A stretch of 63,486 nucleotides of DNA, taken from an uncultured Staphylococcaceae bacterium (GTDB taxonomy: Bacteria > Bacillota_I > Bacilli_A > RFN20 > CAG-826). Below are positions 9,458 through 18,863 of the stretch, piece by piece. Each line of letters opens with the position of its first letter. Position 1 is the stretch's first letter. Position numbers and translations under genes: made by a program. The stretch lies in NCBI GenBank assembly GCA_964608215.1, contig CAZSMV010000003.1, positions 1 through 63,486 of the forward strand, read 5' to 3'. The notes beneath the pieces were generated by a model. It did no database searches and was not told where the DNA came from. It worked only from the letters and a program-made list of their open reading frames with translations.

Positions 9458-12400
9458 TACTTCTTAAGCTTTCTTAATTTTTTTAATCTAAAATTAATTA
9501 ATAAAATTAAGGTTACAGCAATTACTATACCAATGCAAATAGAAATAACAATTATTAATACAGGATTAAATGAACTTTGACTAATTCCACCTTCAAAACT
9601 TACAGCAAAATCTAATGTAGAAACACTAAATGAAACAGAATTGCCACTTTCATTTTCAGCAATTTTTGTAAAATTATCTCCACTTATTGAGTAGGCTTTA
9701 ATTTCTTGCTCAGTTTTACCATTAGTTGCGCCAACATAAATTGTAGATTCAGAAGTCAAATTGAATTTAGAACCATCTGATTTATAAACGGAGATCTTAT
9801 ATCTATAAGCTTCACCTTCTAAAGCATTTGAAACACTAGTAACTTTCACAGACATGCTTGCATTTGTTGGGATATCACTATTAAATACAACTACATTATT
9901 TTTTACATCAACCAATCCAGATAATCTATTACCAGATGCACTTTCAATTAAAATATAAGCACTCTTTAGATTTGCTAATTTTGATTTGTCGATAATGAAA
10001 TACTTTTCTCCAGTTGAAGATAAAATACTTTTTGCTTCAATTCCTCCATATGTAACCTTATTTGGATTTCCATCAAAGCTCATTCTAATTTCATTATCAT
10101 CAAATTCAACGCTAGTGCTATTTAAACTCTTTGCACCAACTCTTACTTTGTATGTTTTCGTAAATGTAGATCCATCAACAAGAGTATAACTCATTTTGAA
10201 ATTATACAAACCTTCTGGATACGTTTTTCTATCACTAAAATCAAGGAAAGTATAAGCACGATCTGCAATAATTCCAGAACTAATAAGACTTGTTGTTGGC
10301 ATTGTTTTATTTAATGTATGAAGTTTATCTGTGTCCGAATAATAAAGACTAAACATATGATCAGTTAAAACAAGTTCTCCAGTTTCAACATTTGTCATTG
10401 TAATAGTATTGTCTTTTACTGTTCTATTAACATATTGTTGAATAACTGTATAGTTCGAAACACCAGTTACACCAACAATAATTTCATCATTTTCTTCATC
10501 ATATCCTACTTCTTTTCCATATGTTAAGAAACTTGCAGTATTTTTGCTAACAATACTGTTAAGTTCAGCGTCCGTTATTTCATGTTTTAATCCAACCCAC
10601 ATGGAAGCAAAATTAGCGTTTCCAAAACCACTTAAATTTTTATTAACATAAGTATTTAACAAATCTGAACCATAAACCTTATTAGAATCCTTTTCAAAAC
10701 TAAATGGTTCAACAGGTTCTTCTTTATCATAATCGCCATAAAATCCTAAATATGGGATTGAAAGATTTTCAGATCCATCTAATGATTCAAAAACAACATA
10801 GCCTTCTAAATAAGTTCCATTTTCAAAATTTGAATCAAGATATTTCTTATTTTCTTCGGTAATCTTCGCTTCAAAATCAAGTGTGGTCTCGCCAGCACCA
10901 ATTGTGACTTCATTAGTTGAATAAGTCAATAATACATCTCTATTTGTTTTATATGTATAATTTGAAAGATCCTTATAGGTTCCGTCAATATTAGCAACTT
11001 GTGGAGCTTGAACATATAAAGTAGCCTTATATTTTTTAGATGTACTTGATTCATTAACAGCGGTTATGCTTAATTTAACATCACCAACTTTAACATCATC
11101 ATTATTTTTAAGTTCAACTTTAGCTTTGCCATCAACATTACCTTTTAAATAAACATCTGAATTTAAAGCACCACTTACATCAACTTTCCCTGCACCAACT
11201 AATCTTGGAGAATAATATGCTCCATTTGGTTGCTTAATTGGATCAGCAGTTGACATAAATCTATTAGTAATAGTTTTTCTATATTCAACTCTCTTTGTTT
11301 CGTCATTAATACCATCATAATCGCTTAAAAGACTTGCAACGGATCCAGTGTAATTTGGAGTTGCCATACTTGTACCATCATAATAAGCATAAGCATTTGT
11401 GTCTGGACCAATAGAACTATAAACTCCACTCCCTGGAGCACTAATATCAGGTTTTAATTGTAAGGTTGCACTACTTCCATTGCTTGTATAATCTGCAACT
11501 TCTTCTTTTTGAATAACAATTTTCTTTTCAGTTTGATTGACAAGATATTCTCCATCAGCACTAGAAATACCACAAATTGGTCGATAATATTGTTCTTCTA
11601 AAGCTGCATTACCACTACTAGCAGAAAAATCAAAATATGAAATCAACCCATCAGAATCAGGATTATTATAAATTATGACACCAATTGCTCCATGCTTTGC
11701 GGCATTTCTTACTTTTTCAGTAAAAGTAATGGTTCCTCTTTTAATAACTGCAATTTTCCCATTTACATCAATATTGGCATAATCTTTTTCTTCGCCAAGA
11801 TTTGGAACAACTTCATATTCAAGAACAGCACTATCTTCACCATCTTTAATAAATGAATAGAATGGTTTAGCTTTATCACCGTAAATCATATCAGTGTATT
11901 TATTAGTAGATGAATCAGTGTAAGTATGATTTATGATTTGGTCTCTAATCGCTATAACTTGACCATCAAGTGTTGAAATAGTAGTAGAAACATTTTTATC
12001 TTCTAAAAGATTTAAAGCACCAACAACAGTTGCTTCTTCTCTTAAGGCTTCGCCACCTAATTTACCATCTTCAACTGAACTAGTAGTTGTTTTTGAATAT
12101 ACACTAGTTGCACCTTCATCCCTACCATCATTCCCGGCTGCAATATTTGAAGAAATTCCTAAATCGCTAATTTTTTGATAAACAGATTCATAAACTGAAT
12201 CTTCTTCATCAAAATCATTAATACCTCTGCCAAAAGACATATTAATAGCATCAACATTTAAAATAACACAATCGTTCAAAGCCTTTAAAATAGTTTCATC
12301 ACTTGTAAAACTGCCATTATCATCTGTAAGTCTCATAAGTGCCACTTGTGCATTTGGAGCGATGCCTTGGTAATTATCTCCATTTCCAGCTGCAATACCA

Positions 12401-13110
12401 GTAACATGTTGACCGTGATAACTTGTATTATTTTTATAGCTCATTTCTAAAGGTTTACTTGCATTTCCATAATTATAATAAAAAGGAATTTTATTATTTT
12501 TTCTACCATATCCTTTAGCCGAAAAATCACTTGCTGTTGTAACTAAGGTACTAATTTGTGATTCAGTATATCTTAAATCACTATTTAAATCATTAAAGAT
12601 TTCATGATCTAAATTAAATGAGTCATCTAAAATTGCAACAAATGTATTCTTTCCGCCATTAGAATCACTATTGATGTTCATTGCTTTCTTAGAATAGTTT
12701 TTGTCAGGAGCAGTATAAACTCCATCTACAGTTGTATAAGAATCATATGAAAAACTTTCAAGTTCTCTATCAATTGTATATGTCTTACTTTCCTTAACGT
12801 TATCTACCAAACTTAAATTTTCAATTTTACTTACATCATCACTATTAACATCAATAAATAAAATATTACTAGCATGCTTAATATTGGAAGTAATTCTATA
12901 ATTTAATCCAACAACACTTTGAAGTTGCTTTTTAAAGGCTTGTTCAACTTCATTTCTTGATTCTACATCAGTCCCATTAACGTCTTTTAATTCAACAATA
13001 ATTCTTTTATCCCTAACAATACCATCCCCACGATTAGTATTATTAACGAGTAAAAAAGAAAAACCTAACACGAATAAGGAAGACAATAATATACCTGTTC
13101 GTTTTTTCAT
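9457..13110 (-). CDS. Membrane-anchored S8 (subtilisin/lactocepin/C5a-peptidase-like) serine protease, paralog 1
   Basis: Triad D (AILDDSF), H (YHGQHVTG), S (GTSMATP); oxyanion AAGNDG; PA domain (GKIAVIKRG); N-terminal signal; C-terminal TM with Lys-rich tail. Confidence 0.92.
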   Translation of the reverse strand: MKKRTGILLSSLFVLGFSFLLVNNTNRGDGIVRDKRIIVELKDVNGTDVESRNEVEQAFKKQLQSVVGLNYRITSNIKHASNILFIDVNSDDVSKIENLSLVDNVKESKTYTIDRELESFSYDSYTTVDGVYTAPDKNYSKKAMNINSDSNGGKNTFVAILDDSFNLDHEIFNDLNSDLRYTESQISTLVTTASDFSAKGYGRKNNKIPFYYNYGNASKPLEMSYKNNTSYHGQHVTGIAAGNGDNYQGIAPNAQVALMRLTDDNGSFTSDETILKALNDCVILNVDAINMSFGRGINDFDEEDSVYESVYQKISDLGISSNIAAGNDGRDEGATSVYSKTTTSSVEDGKLGGEALREEATVVGALNLLEDKNVSTTISTLDGQVIAIRDQIINHTYTDSSTNKYTDMIYGDKAKPFYSFIKDGEDSAVLEYEVVPNLGEEKDYANIDVNGKIAVIKRGTITFTEKVRNAAKHGAIGVIIYNNPDSDGLISYFDFSASSGNAALEEQYYRPICGISSADGEYLVNQTEKKIVIQKEEVADYTSNGSSATLQLKPDISAPGSGVYSSIGPDTNAYAYYDGTSMATPNYTGSVASLLSDYDGINDETKRVEYRKTITNRFMSTADPIKQPNGAYYSPRLVGAGKVDVSGALNSDVYLKGNVDGKAKVELKNNDDVKVGDVKLSITAVNESSTSKKYKATLYVQAPQVANIDGTYKDLSNYTYKTNRDVLLTYSTNEVTIGAGETTLDFEAKITEENKKYLDSNFENGTYLEGYVVFESLDGSENLSIPYLGFYGDYDKEEPVEPFSFEKDSNKVYGSDLLNTYVNKNLSGFGNANFASMWVGLKHEITDAELNSIVSKNTASFLTYGKEVGYDEENDEIIVGVTGVSNYTVIQQYVNRTVKDNTITMTNVETGELVLTDHMFSLYYSDTDKLHTLNKTMPTTSLISSGIIADRAYTFLDFSDRKTYPEGLYNFKMSYTLVDGSTFTKTYKVRVGAKSLNSTSVEFDDNEIRMSFDGNPNKVTYGGIEAKSILSSTGEKYFIIDKSKLANLKSAYILIESASGNRLSGLVDVKNNVVVFNSDIPTNASMSVKVTSVSNALEGEAYRYKISVYKSDGSKFNLTSESTIYVGATNGKTEQEIKAYSISGDNFTKIAENESGNSVSFSVSTLDFAVSFEGGISQSSFNPVLIIVISICIGIVIAVTLILLINFRLKKLRKLKK

Positions 13111-13294
13111 CTTTCTAACTTCCTCCTAAATAAATATTAAAAATTATATCACTATGGAAAAAATCTAAAATAGATTTAACGATGATTTATTTAAGTTTTA
13201 ATGTTTATAAAATTTAAAGAATTGAAATAATGAATCATTAAATTACACTTAATGCTTTTGCATATAAGAAACAGAATATTGATGAACTAAACTT

Positions 13295-14575
13295 TTAATC
13301 TTTTAAAGCAGTAATTGGAATAACATAAACGCCATCTTTTCTTTTATATACAGCATTCAATACTCCACATATAACACCTTTTATAATTGGTGCTTTTCCT
13401 CCGTGTTTCACTATGTTATTACATACTTTATTAAGGTTAGAGGCAGCTTCTTCTATTCTATTTGCTGCAAGTTTAATTTCAAAAGCGCAATATGAACCAT
13501 CATCAAGTTCCATAATGGCATCAATTTCTTCGTTATTGTAATTTTGATAATGATAAAGCTTAGCCCCAATTCCAGCAGCATAAATTGATAAATCATGCTC
13601 AACTAAGGCTTCAAATAAAAATCCAAAAGTATTTAAATCATTCATTAATTTCTTTTCATTTAAATTTAAAAGAGCACAAGCTAATGCAGGATCACAAAAG
13701 TGTCTTTTATATGCTCCCTTAACTCTTAAAGATGATCTTATATTAGGATCAAAAGGTGGTTGATTATTAAATAGAAACATTCTATCAAGCGCTTCAATAT
13801 ATCTAGTAACTGTATCAGCTGAAATATTTTTGCCATCATTATCTAAAATATCTTTTGCGATTGTTGATATACTTGCTGTAGTTGTCTCATTTCTTGCTAA
13901 TGATTTTAAAATTTGCTCTATTCTTTCTTTAGAATATCTTTTACCTTTTTCATCTGTTAAATTACTATTTATAATTGTTTCTATGTATGATTTAGGATTA
14001 ATTGTAGGATTTTCTGAATCAATATTTTTTGGCCATCCTCCACGTACAATAAAATAAGCTAATTTTTCTAAACTTACTTCTTCTATTATTTTTTCTTCAA
14101 ATTTTCCATTTATTAAATCAGAAAGAGAAACAATACCAGATGAATCTCCAGATTCATATAAAGACATAGTATTCATTTTAATACTAACAATTCTACCTGC
14201 TCCATAATGTAAAATTCCTTTCTTTTTTGGAGTTGATGAACCTGTTAATATCAAACTTCCATAATCGTTATTTTTATCTACAAAAGCTCTTGTTGCATCC
14301 CATAAGGAAGGAACTTCTTGCCATTCATCAATCATTCTTGGCTTGCTGCCAGTAAGTACAAGACTTGGATTAATACTTGCAAGTTCTCTATTAGAAAAAT
14401 TATTGGTTGGATCGCCAACTAAAAATTCACTATTTGCATGATGTGCTGAAGTCCATGTTTTTCCGCACCACTTAGGTCCTTCTATGCAAATTGCTCCACA
14501 ACTTTTTAGATATTCATCTATAGTTTTATCAATAATTCTTGGTTTATATTCTTTATCATTATTTAATGTGCTCAT
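13295..14575 (-). CDS. AAA+ ATPase (AAA_14) with DUF4143 / PD-(D/E)xK nuclease-like C-terminus
   Basis: Walker A GPKWCGKT, Walker B MIDEWQ, HFCDPALA, and C-terminal EID...FEIK motif. Confidence 0.85.
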   Translation of the reverse strand: MSTLNNDKEYKPRIIDKTIDEYLKSCGAICIEGPKWCGKTWTSAHHANSEFLVGDPTNNFSNRELASINPSLVLTGSKPRMIDEWQEVPSLWDATRAFVDKNNDYGSLILTGSSTPKKKGILHYGAGRIVSIKMNTMSLYESGDSSGIVSLSDLINGKFEEKIIEEVSLEKLAYFIVRGGWPKNIDSENPTINPKSYIETIINSNLTDEKGKRYSKERIEQILKSLARNETTTASISTIAKDILDNDGKNISADTVTRYIEALDRMFLFNNQPPFDPNIRSSLRVKGAYKRHFCDPALACALLNLNEKKLMNDLNTFGFLFEALVEHDLSIYAAGIGAKLYHYQNYNNEEIDAIMELDDGSYCAFEIKLAANRIEEAASNLNKVCNNIVKHGGKAPIIKGVICGVLNAVYKRKDGVYVIPITALKD

Positions 14576-14674
14576 ATAGTCAAATATGCTCCTTTCTCAT
14601 CTAACAATTTTGCATCTCATAATTAAGTTTTCTTCAAACAATAAAAATAACTATCTCATGCGATAATTTTAAAA

Positions 14675-14760
14675 TTTTACGGAACTTTTGTCAATTATTT
14701 TGCGGAACTTTTGTCAATTATTTTGCGGAGTTTTAGCAACATATTTTACGGAACTTTCAT
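14675..14760. repeat. 23-bp tandem direct-repeat array (three full units plus a partial fourth)
   Basis: 14675 TTTTACGGAACTTTTGTCAATTA; 14698 TTTTGCGGAACTTTTGTCAATTA; 14721 TTTTGCGGAGTTTTAGCAACATA; 14744 TTTTACGGAACTTT. Confidence 0.92.
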
Positions 14761-14775
14761 TATTTGAACACTGCA

Positions 14776-14895
14776 ATCTTTAAGTTCTACTATATTTTTT
14801 TCTCAAATAACTTCGCCCCCATAATTTTGAGTTATTAACAAATAAAAGCATGATGCAAATAATATGGATATTAATATCCACATTCACTTTTTCAT
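14776..14895 (-). pseudogene. 5' remnant of a fourth S8 protease paralog
   Basis: Manual translation MKK*MWILISILFASCFYLLITQNYGGEVI*EKNIVELKD aligns with paralog 2 MKKRIG...NGSEVIRDKKIIVELKD. Two in-frame TGA stops; purine-rich RBS-like segment upstream. Confidence 0.75.
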
Positions 14896-14955
14896 TTTTT
14901 TATATTCCTTCCACATCAAAGCTAATTATTCATGAATTACATGCTTATTAAAAAG

Positions 14956-14983
14956 TTCAAGCACCAAGATTTTGGTGCTTGAA
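14956..14983 (-). terminator. Intrinsic terminator after protease 2
   Basis: TTCAAGCACCAA-gat-tTTGGTGCTTGAA hairpin with a minus-strand T-run. Confidence 0.75.
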
Positions 14984-15002
14984 TAAACAATTATTTATAA
15001 TC

Positions 15003-18000
15003 TTATTTTAATTTTCTTGTTCGCTTACCAATTAATAATGCTCCAATAACAACGATTAATACAAAACCACATATTGATGATACAAATATTAATAGTATCA
15101 ATAAACTAGACATATCTTGTGAATCGTCATATAAAATTACAAACTTACCAGAAGTAGTCTTCATTGTTATTTTACCATCAACCAATTCATATTTTATTTC
15201 ATCGCCTAGTCCATTTTTCCCAACTGAATATATTTTCATATTCTTAGTTGGTTCACCATTAAATGCATCAAATGTAATCGTGATTTCTGAATCAATTGGA
15301 AGAGTCGAATAATCAGAATCTATAATTGTGAACGTATACAAATAACCATGTTTGTATGAACCATATTTTTGTAGTTTGTAATTAATTGATTCATATCCAA
15401 CTAAACCATCTTTTATTACTGAAAGTCCATTATTTATATATACCAATGCAGTTTTGATATTTCCGTAATTATCATATAAACGTACAAGAAAAGTTTTATT
15501 CTTAATACCATACGTCATAAAAACACTTATATCAAATAATGAATAATAACCATTTTCATCTTTCATTATTTCACAAGCAAAATCGCCCACATATAATTCT
15601 TTTAAATTACTTCCGCTTAATCTTATATATAAGTATTCCCTACCATCTATTTCTTTGATTGTTTGTGAATCAATTGAAGTGTCATTAACAAAAGACGTTT
15701 CACCTACTTTTAGATTATAAGATTTTGTAAACATAGAACCATCAACTAAAGTGTATTCAAATTTAAATTCGTATAAACCATCTTCTACGCCATCTGGAAA
15801 TTGTTCTTTATTTGAAAAATCAAATACAGAATAAGCTCGATCTGCATAATATCCCTTGGAAGATAAAGAGCTTACAACATATGATTTGTATAATTTGCCT
15901 GAATCACTACCATCAGACATGCAAAGGCTAAACATATGGTCAACATGCTCACTATCATTTATAGGCGCCAATAAATTTTTACCACTACTTTTATCAATCA
16001 TAGTTACTTTATTCGATAAAACGCTACGATTAACAAATTGTTGAATAACAAATTTCCCATTTTTACCACTTTGATTCAATATAACTTCATTATTTCCCCT
16101 ATCATACATTACTTTTGTGCCAAATGTGGCAAAGCTTGCATAATTTTTTGCAACATAAGTATATTGTAAACTAGTTAAATCATTTCTAAGAGAAACCCAC
16201 ATTGAAGAATAATCTGCACAATTATATCCCATAGCATCAATTGCATAATTCAATAAGTCAGAACCATACACTTTATTTTCATCTTTTTCAAAATCAAATG
16301 GTTCAACAGGTTCTTCAGCATCATAGTCTCCATAATATCCCATATATGGAATACTTAAATCTTCGCCATTATCTAACGATTCAAGAATTAAATATCCTTC
16401 TAAATATGTGCCATTTTCAAAATTTTCATCTAAATATTTTTTATTTTCTTTTGTAATACTCGCATTAACTTCAAATTTGGATTCACCAGGAATTACAGAA
16501 ACTTCGCCAAGAGACACTTCTCTTAACAAAACATCTTTAGAACTTTGATATTTTTCATTTGAAAATTTTTCGCCAAATGTAACATCTACACCAGTAATTT
16601 CTGGAGCTTGTATTGTTAATCTTAATTTATATGTTCTATTCTCTTTTGATTCATTTATGGTTTTTACTTCAAATTTAACATTACCTTCCTTAATATCGGA
16701 ATTATTCTTAAGTTCAATTTTGGCTTTGTTTTCATTATTACCTAATAAATACACGTTTGAATTATAGGCTCCACTTGCATCAACTTTTCCAGCACCAACA
16801 AGTCGAGGAGAATAGTAAGCACCATTAGCTTGTTTAATAGGATCTGCTGAAGACATTATTCTTGCAACTAATTCTTTTCTTTTAGATATCCTATTTTCTT
16901 CATTAATTAAATCGTAATTGCTTAAAATATTTGCAAATGCACCAGTATAATTTGGCGTAGCCATACTTGTTCCACTCATATATTCATAATGAGAGGTGCC
17001 ATCATTCGGATTAAAATAAGTAGAACTATAAATACTAGTCCCTGGCGCAGCAATTTCAGGTTTTAACTGAAGAGATGCAGTACTTCCATTACTTGTAAAA
17101 CTAGAAACTAACTCTCTTGAAATAACAATTTTCTTTACTTCTTGATTTATAAGTACTTTACCATAATAAGAATCAGTATATGCACATGGTGCATAATATT
17201 CTTTTTCTATATCAGTTAATTCGGAATTACCAGCACGATCTGTTGCACCTTCGTTATTATAAATAATTACACCAATGGCACCATTTTTAACAGCATTCCT
17301 GGTTTTCTCTGTAAATGAATAGTCTGGATTATCTTCATCTTCACCATCAGGTACACCCCTTTGAATTACTGCAACCTTTCCCTTTACATCGATATTTTTA
17401 TAGTCATTAGCACTACCATAATTTGGAACTACAACATATTCGAGTTCAACACTATCTTTGCCTTCAGGTATTAGAGAACAAAATGGTTCATCGCCACTAT
17501 GTCTTTCACCATCATCATCTTCAAAATATGCATATTGTTCTTCAATTTTAATAGATGCGCCGCTTAACGTAGCTATAGAAGATGAAAGATATTTATAATC
17601 GAAATTATAAATTGAAGCAACAGAAGTTGTTTTATCACTAATTAAATCACCACCAAGAACACTAGTTTCGGAATTGCTAGTTAATAAATTTTGGTTTAAT
17701 GGAGAATAATTATAATCTCTACCATCATTTCCGGCTGAATAATTAACAGCAATTCCCTTATCATATAGTTTATCAAAGACGCTTTGATATAAATCATCAA
17801 CAAAATCAAAATCGATAATTCCAATACCAAAAGACATATTAATTGCATCAACATCAAGTGCTGAGCAATCATTTAATGCATTTAAAATGGCTTCATCGCT
17901 AGAAAATGATCCGTATGAATCGGTAACCTTCATTAATGCTAGTTGCGCATTTGGGGAAATTCCTTTAAATGAATCACTATTTCCTCCTGCAATTCCTGCA

Positions 18001-18683
18001 ACGTGTTGTCCATGATAAGTGTTATTATATAAATATGTTAAATCAGTATTATTCGTTCCATAACTATAATAAAAAGGAACTTTATTATTTTTATATCCAG
18101 CTTTTTTTGCTGAAAATTCACTAGTTGAAATAATATTTTTAATATCTTCTTTAGAATATCTTACATTAACATTTTTTAACTCATTAAAAACTTCATGATC
18201 GATTTCAAATGAATCATCTAAAATAGCGATAAATGTATTTTCACCATTTTTCGAGTTTTCATCGATATTCATTGTTTTTGCAGAATCATTTGCATAAGAT
18301 TCCTCTTCATTATCTGAATCGTAAGGCACAATATTTTCATATTCGTAATTATAAGTTTTGCTTTCTTTAACATGGTCAACCAAACTTAGTTTTGAAACCT
18401 TATCAACATCTTCGCTATTAACATCAATAAATAAAATATTGCTCACAGATTTTATATTTGATGTAACCCTATAATTTAAACCAACAACACTTTGAAGTTG
18501 TTTTTTAAAAGCTTGTTCTACTTCATTTCTTGAATTTATATCAGTTCCATCAATATCTTTAAGTTCAACAATAATTTTTTTGTCTCTAATAACTTCGCTA
18601 CCATTACTAGAGTTATTAACAATTAAAAATGAAAACCCTAATACAAACAAAGAAGTTACGAGCGCACCTATTCGTTTTTTCAT
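15003..18683 (-). CDS. Membrane-anchored S8 serine protease, paralog 2
   Basis: AILDDSF, YHGQHVAG, GTSMATP, PA domain and C-terminal TM. The propeptide is very similar to paralog 1. Confidence 0.92.
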   Translation of the reverse strand: MKKRIGALVTSLFVLGFSFLIVNNSSNGSEVIRDKKIIVELKDIDGTDINSRNEVEQAFKKQLQSVVGLNYRVTSNIKSVSNILFIDVNSEDVDKVSKLSLVDHVKESKTYNYEYENIVPYDSDNEEESYANDSAKTMNIDENSKNGENTFIAILDDSFEIDHEVFNELKNVNVRYSKEDIKNIISTSEFSAKKAGYKNNKVPFYYSYGTNNTDLTYLYNNTYHGQHVAGIAGGNSDSFKGISPNAQLALMKVTDSYGSFSSDEAILNALNDCSALDVDAINMSFGIGIIDFDFVDDLYQSVFDKLYDKGIAVNYSAGNDGRDYNYSPLNQNLLTSNSETSVLGGDLISDKTTSVASIYNFDYKYLSSSIATLSGASIKIEEQYAYFEDDDGERHSGDEPFCSLIPEGKDSVELEYVVVPNYGSANDYKNIDVKGKVAVIQRGVPDGEDEDNPDYSFTEKTRNAVKNGAIGVIIYNNEGATDRAGNSELTDIEKEYYAPCAYTDSYYGKVLINQEVKKIVISRELVSSFTSNGSTASLQLKPEIAAPGTSIYSSTYFNPNDGTSHYEYMSGTSMATPNYTGAFANILSNYDLINEENRISKRKELVARIMSSADPIKQANGAYYSPRLVGAGKVDASGAYNSNVYLLGNNENKAKIELKNNSDIKEGNVKFEVKTINESKENRTYKLRLTIQAPEITGVDVTFGEKFSNEKYQSSKDVLLREVSLGEVSVIPGESKFEVNASITKENKKYLDENFENGTYLEGYLILESLDNGEDLSIPYMGYYGDYDAEEPVEPFDFEKDENKVYGSDLLNYAIDAMGYNCADYSSMWVSLRNDLTSLQYTYVAKNYASFATFGTKVMYDRGNNEVILNQSGKNGKFVIQQFVNRSVLSNKVTMIDKSSGKNLLAPINDSEHVDHMFSLCMSDGSDSGKLYKSYVVSSLSSKGYYADRAYSVFDFSNKEQFPDGVEDGLYEFKFEYTLVDGSMFTKSYNLKVGETSFVNDTSIDSQTIKEIDGREYLYIRLSGSNLKELYVGDFACEIMKDENGYYSLFDISVFMTYGIKNKTFLVRLYDNYGNIKTALVYINNGLSVIKDGLVGYESINYKLQKYGSYKHGYLYTFTIIDSDYSTLPIDSEITITFDAFNGEPTKNMKIYSVGKNGLGDEIKYELVDGKITMKTTSGKFVILYDDSQDMSSLLILLIFVSSICGFVLIVVIGALLIGKRTRKLK

Positions 18684-18863
18684 TTTTTATGTACCTCCTA
18701 CGTCACATCGCTTTAAAGAATTATAGACCATTTGTAATGATTACTCTATCATAAATTGATATTTATTTTCATAATTCTTTTTGATAAAAAATAAAAAATT
18801 AAAGTCAAAATTAAACAATGCCTTTTTAAAAATAGACTTCGCAATTATATTTTTAAAAAACAA

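Noticed and set aside
14675-14760. 23-bp repeats as a mini-CRISPR array
   Set aside because: The units are head-to-tail with no unique spacers, and there are no cas genes in the window.
14776-14895. TGA read as Trp (genetic code 4) to rescue the remnant ORF
   Set aside because: All long genes are intact in code 11 and use TGG for Trp. The TGAs align with Arg positions in the paralogs, so they are nonsense mutations.
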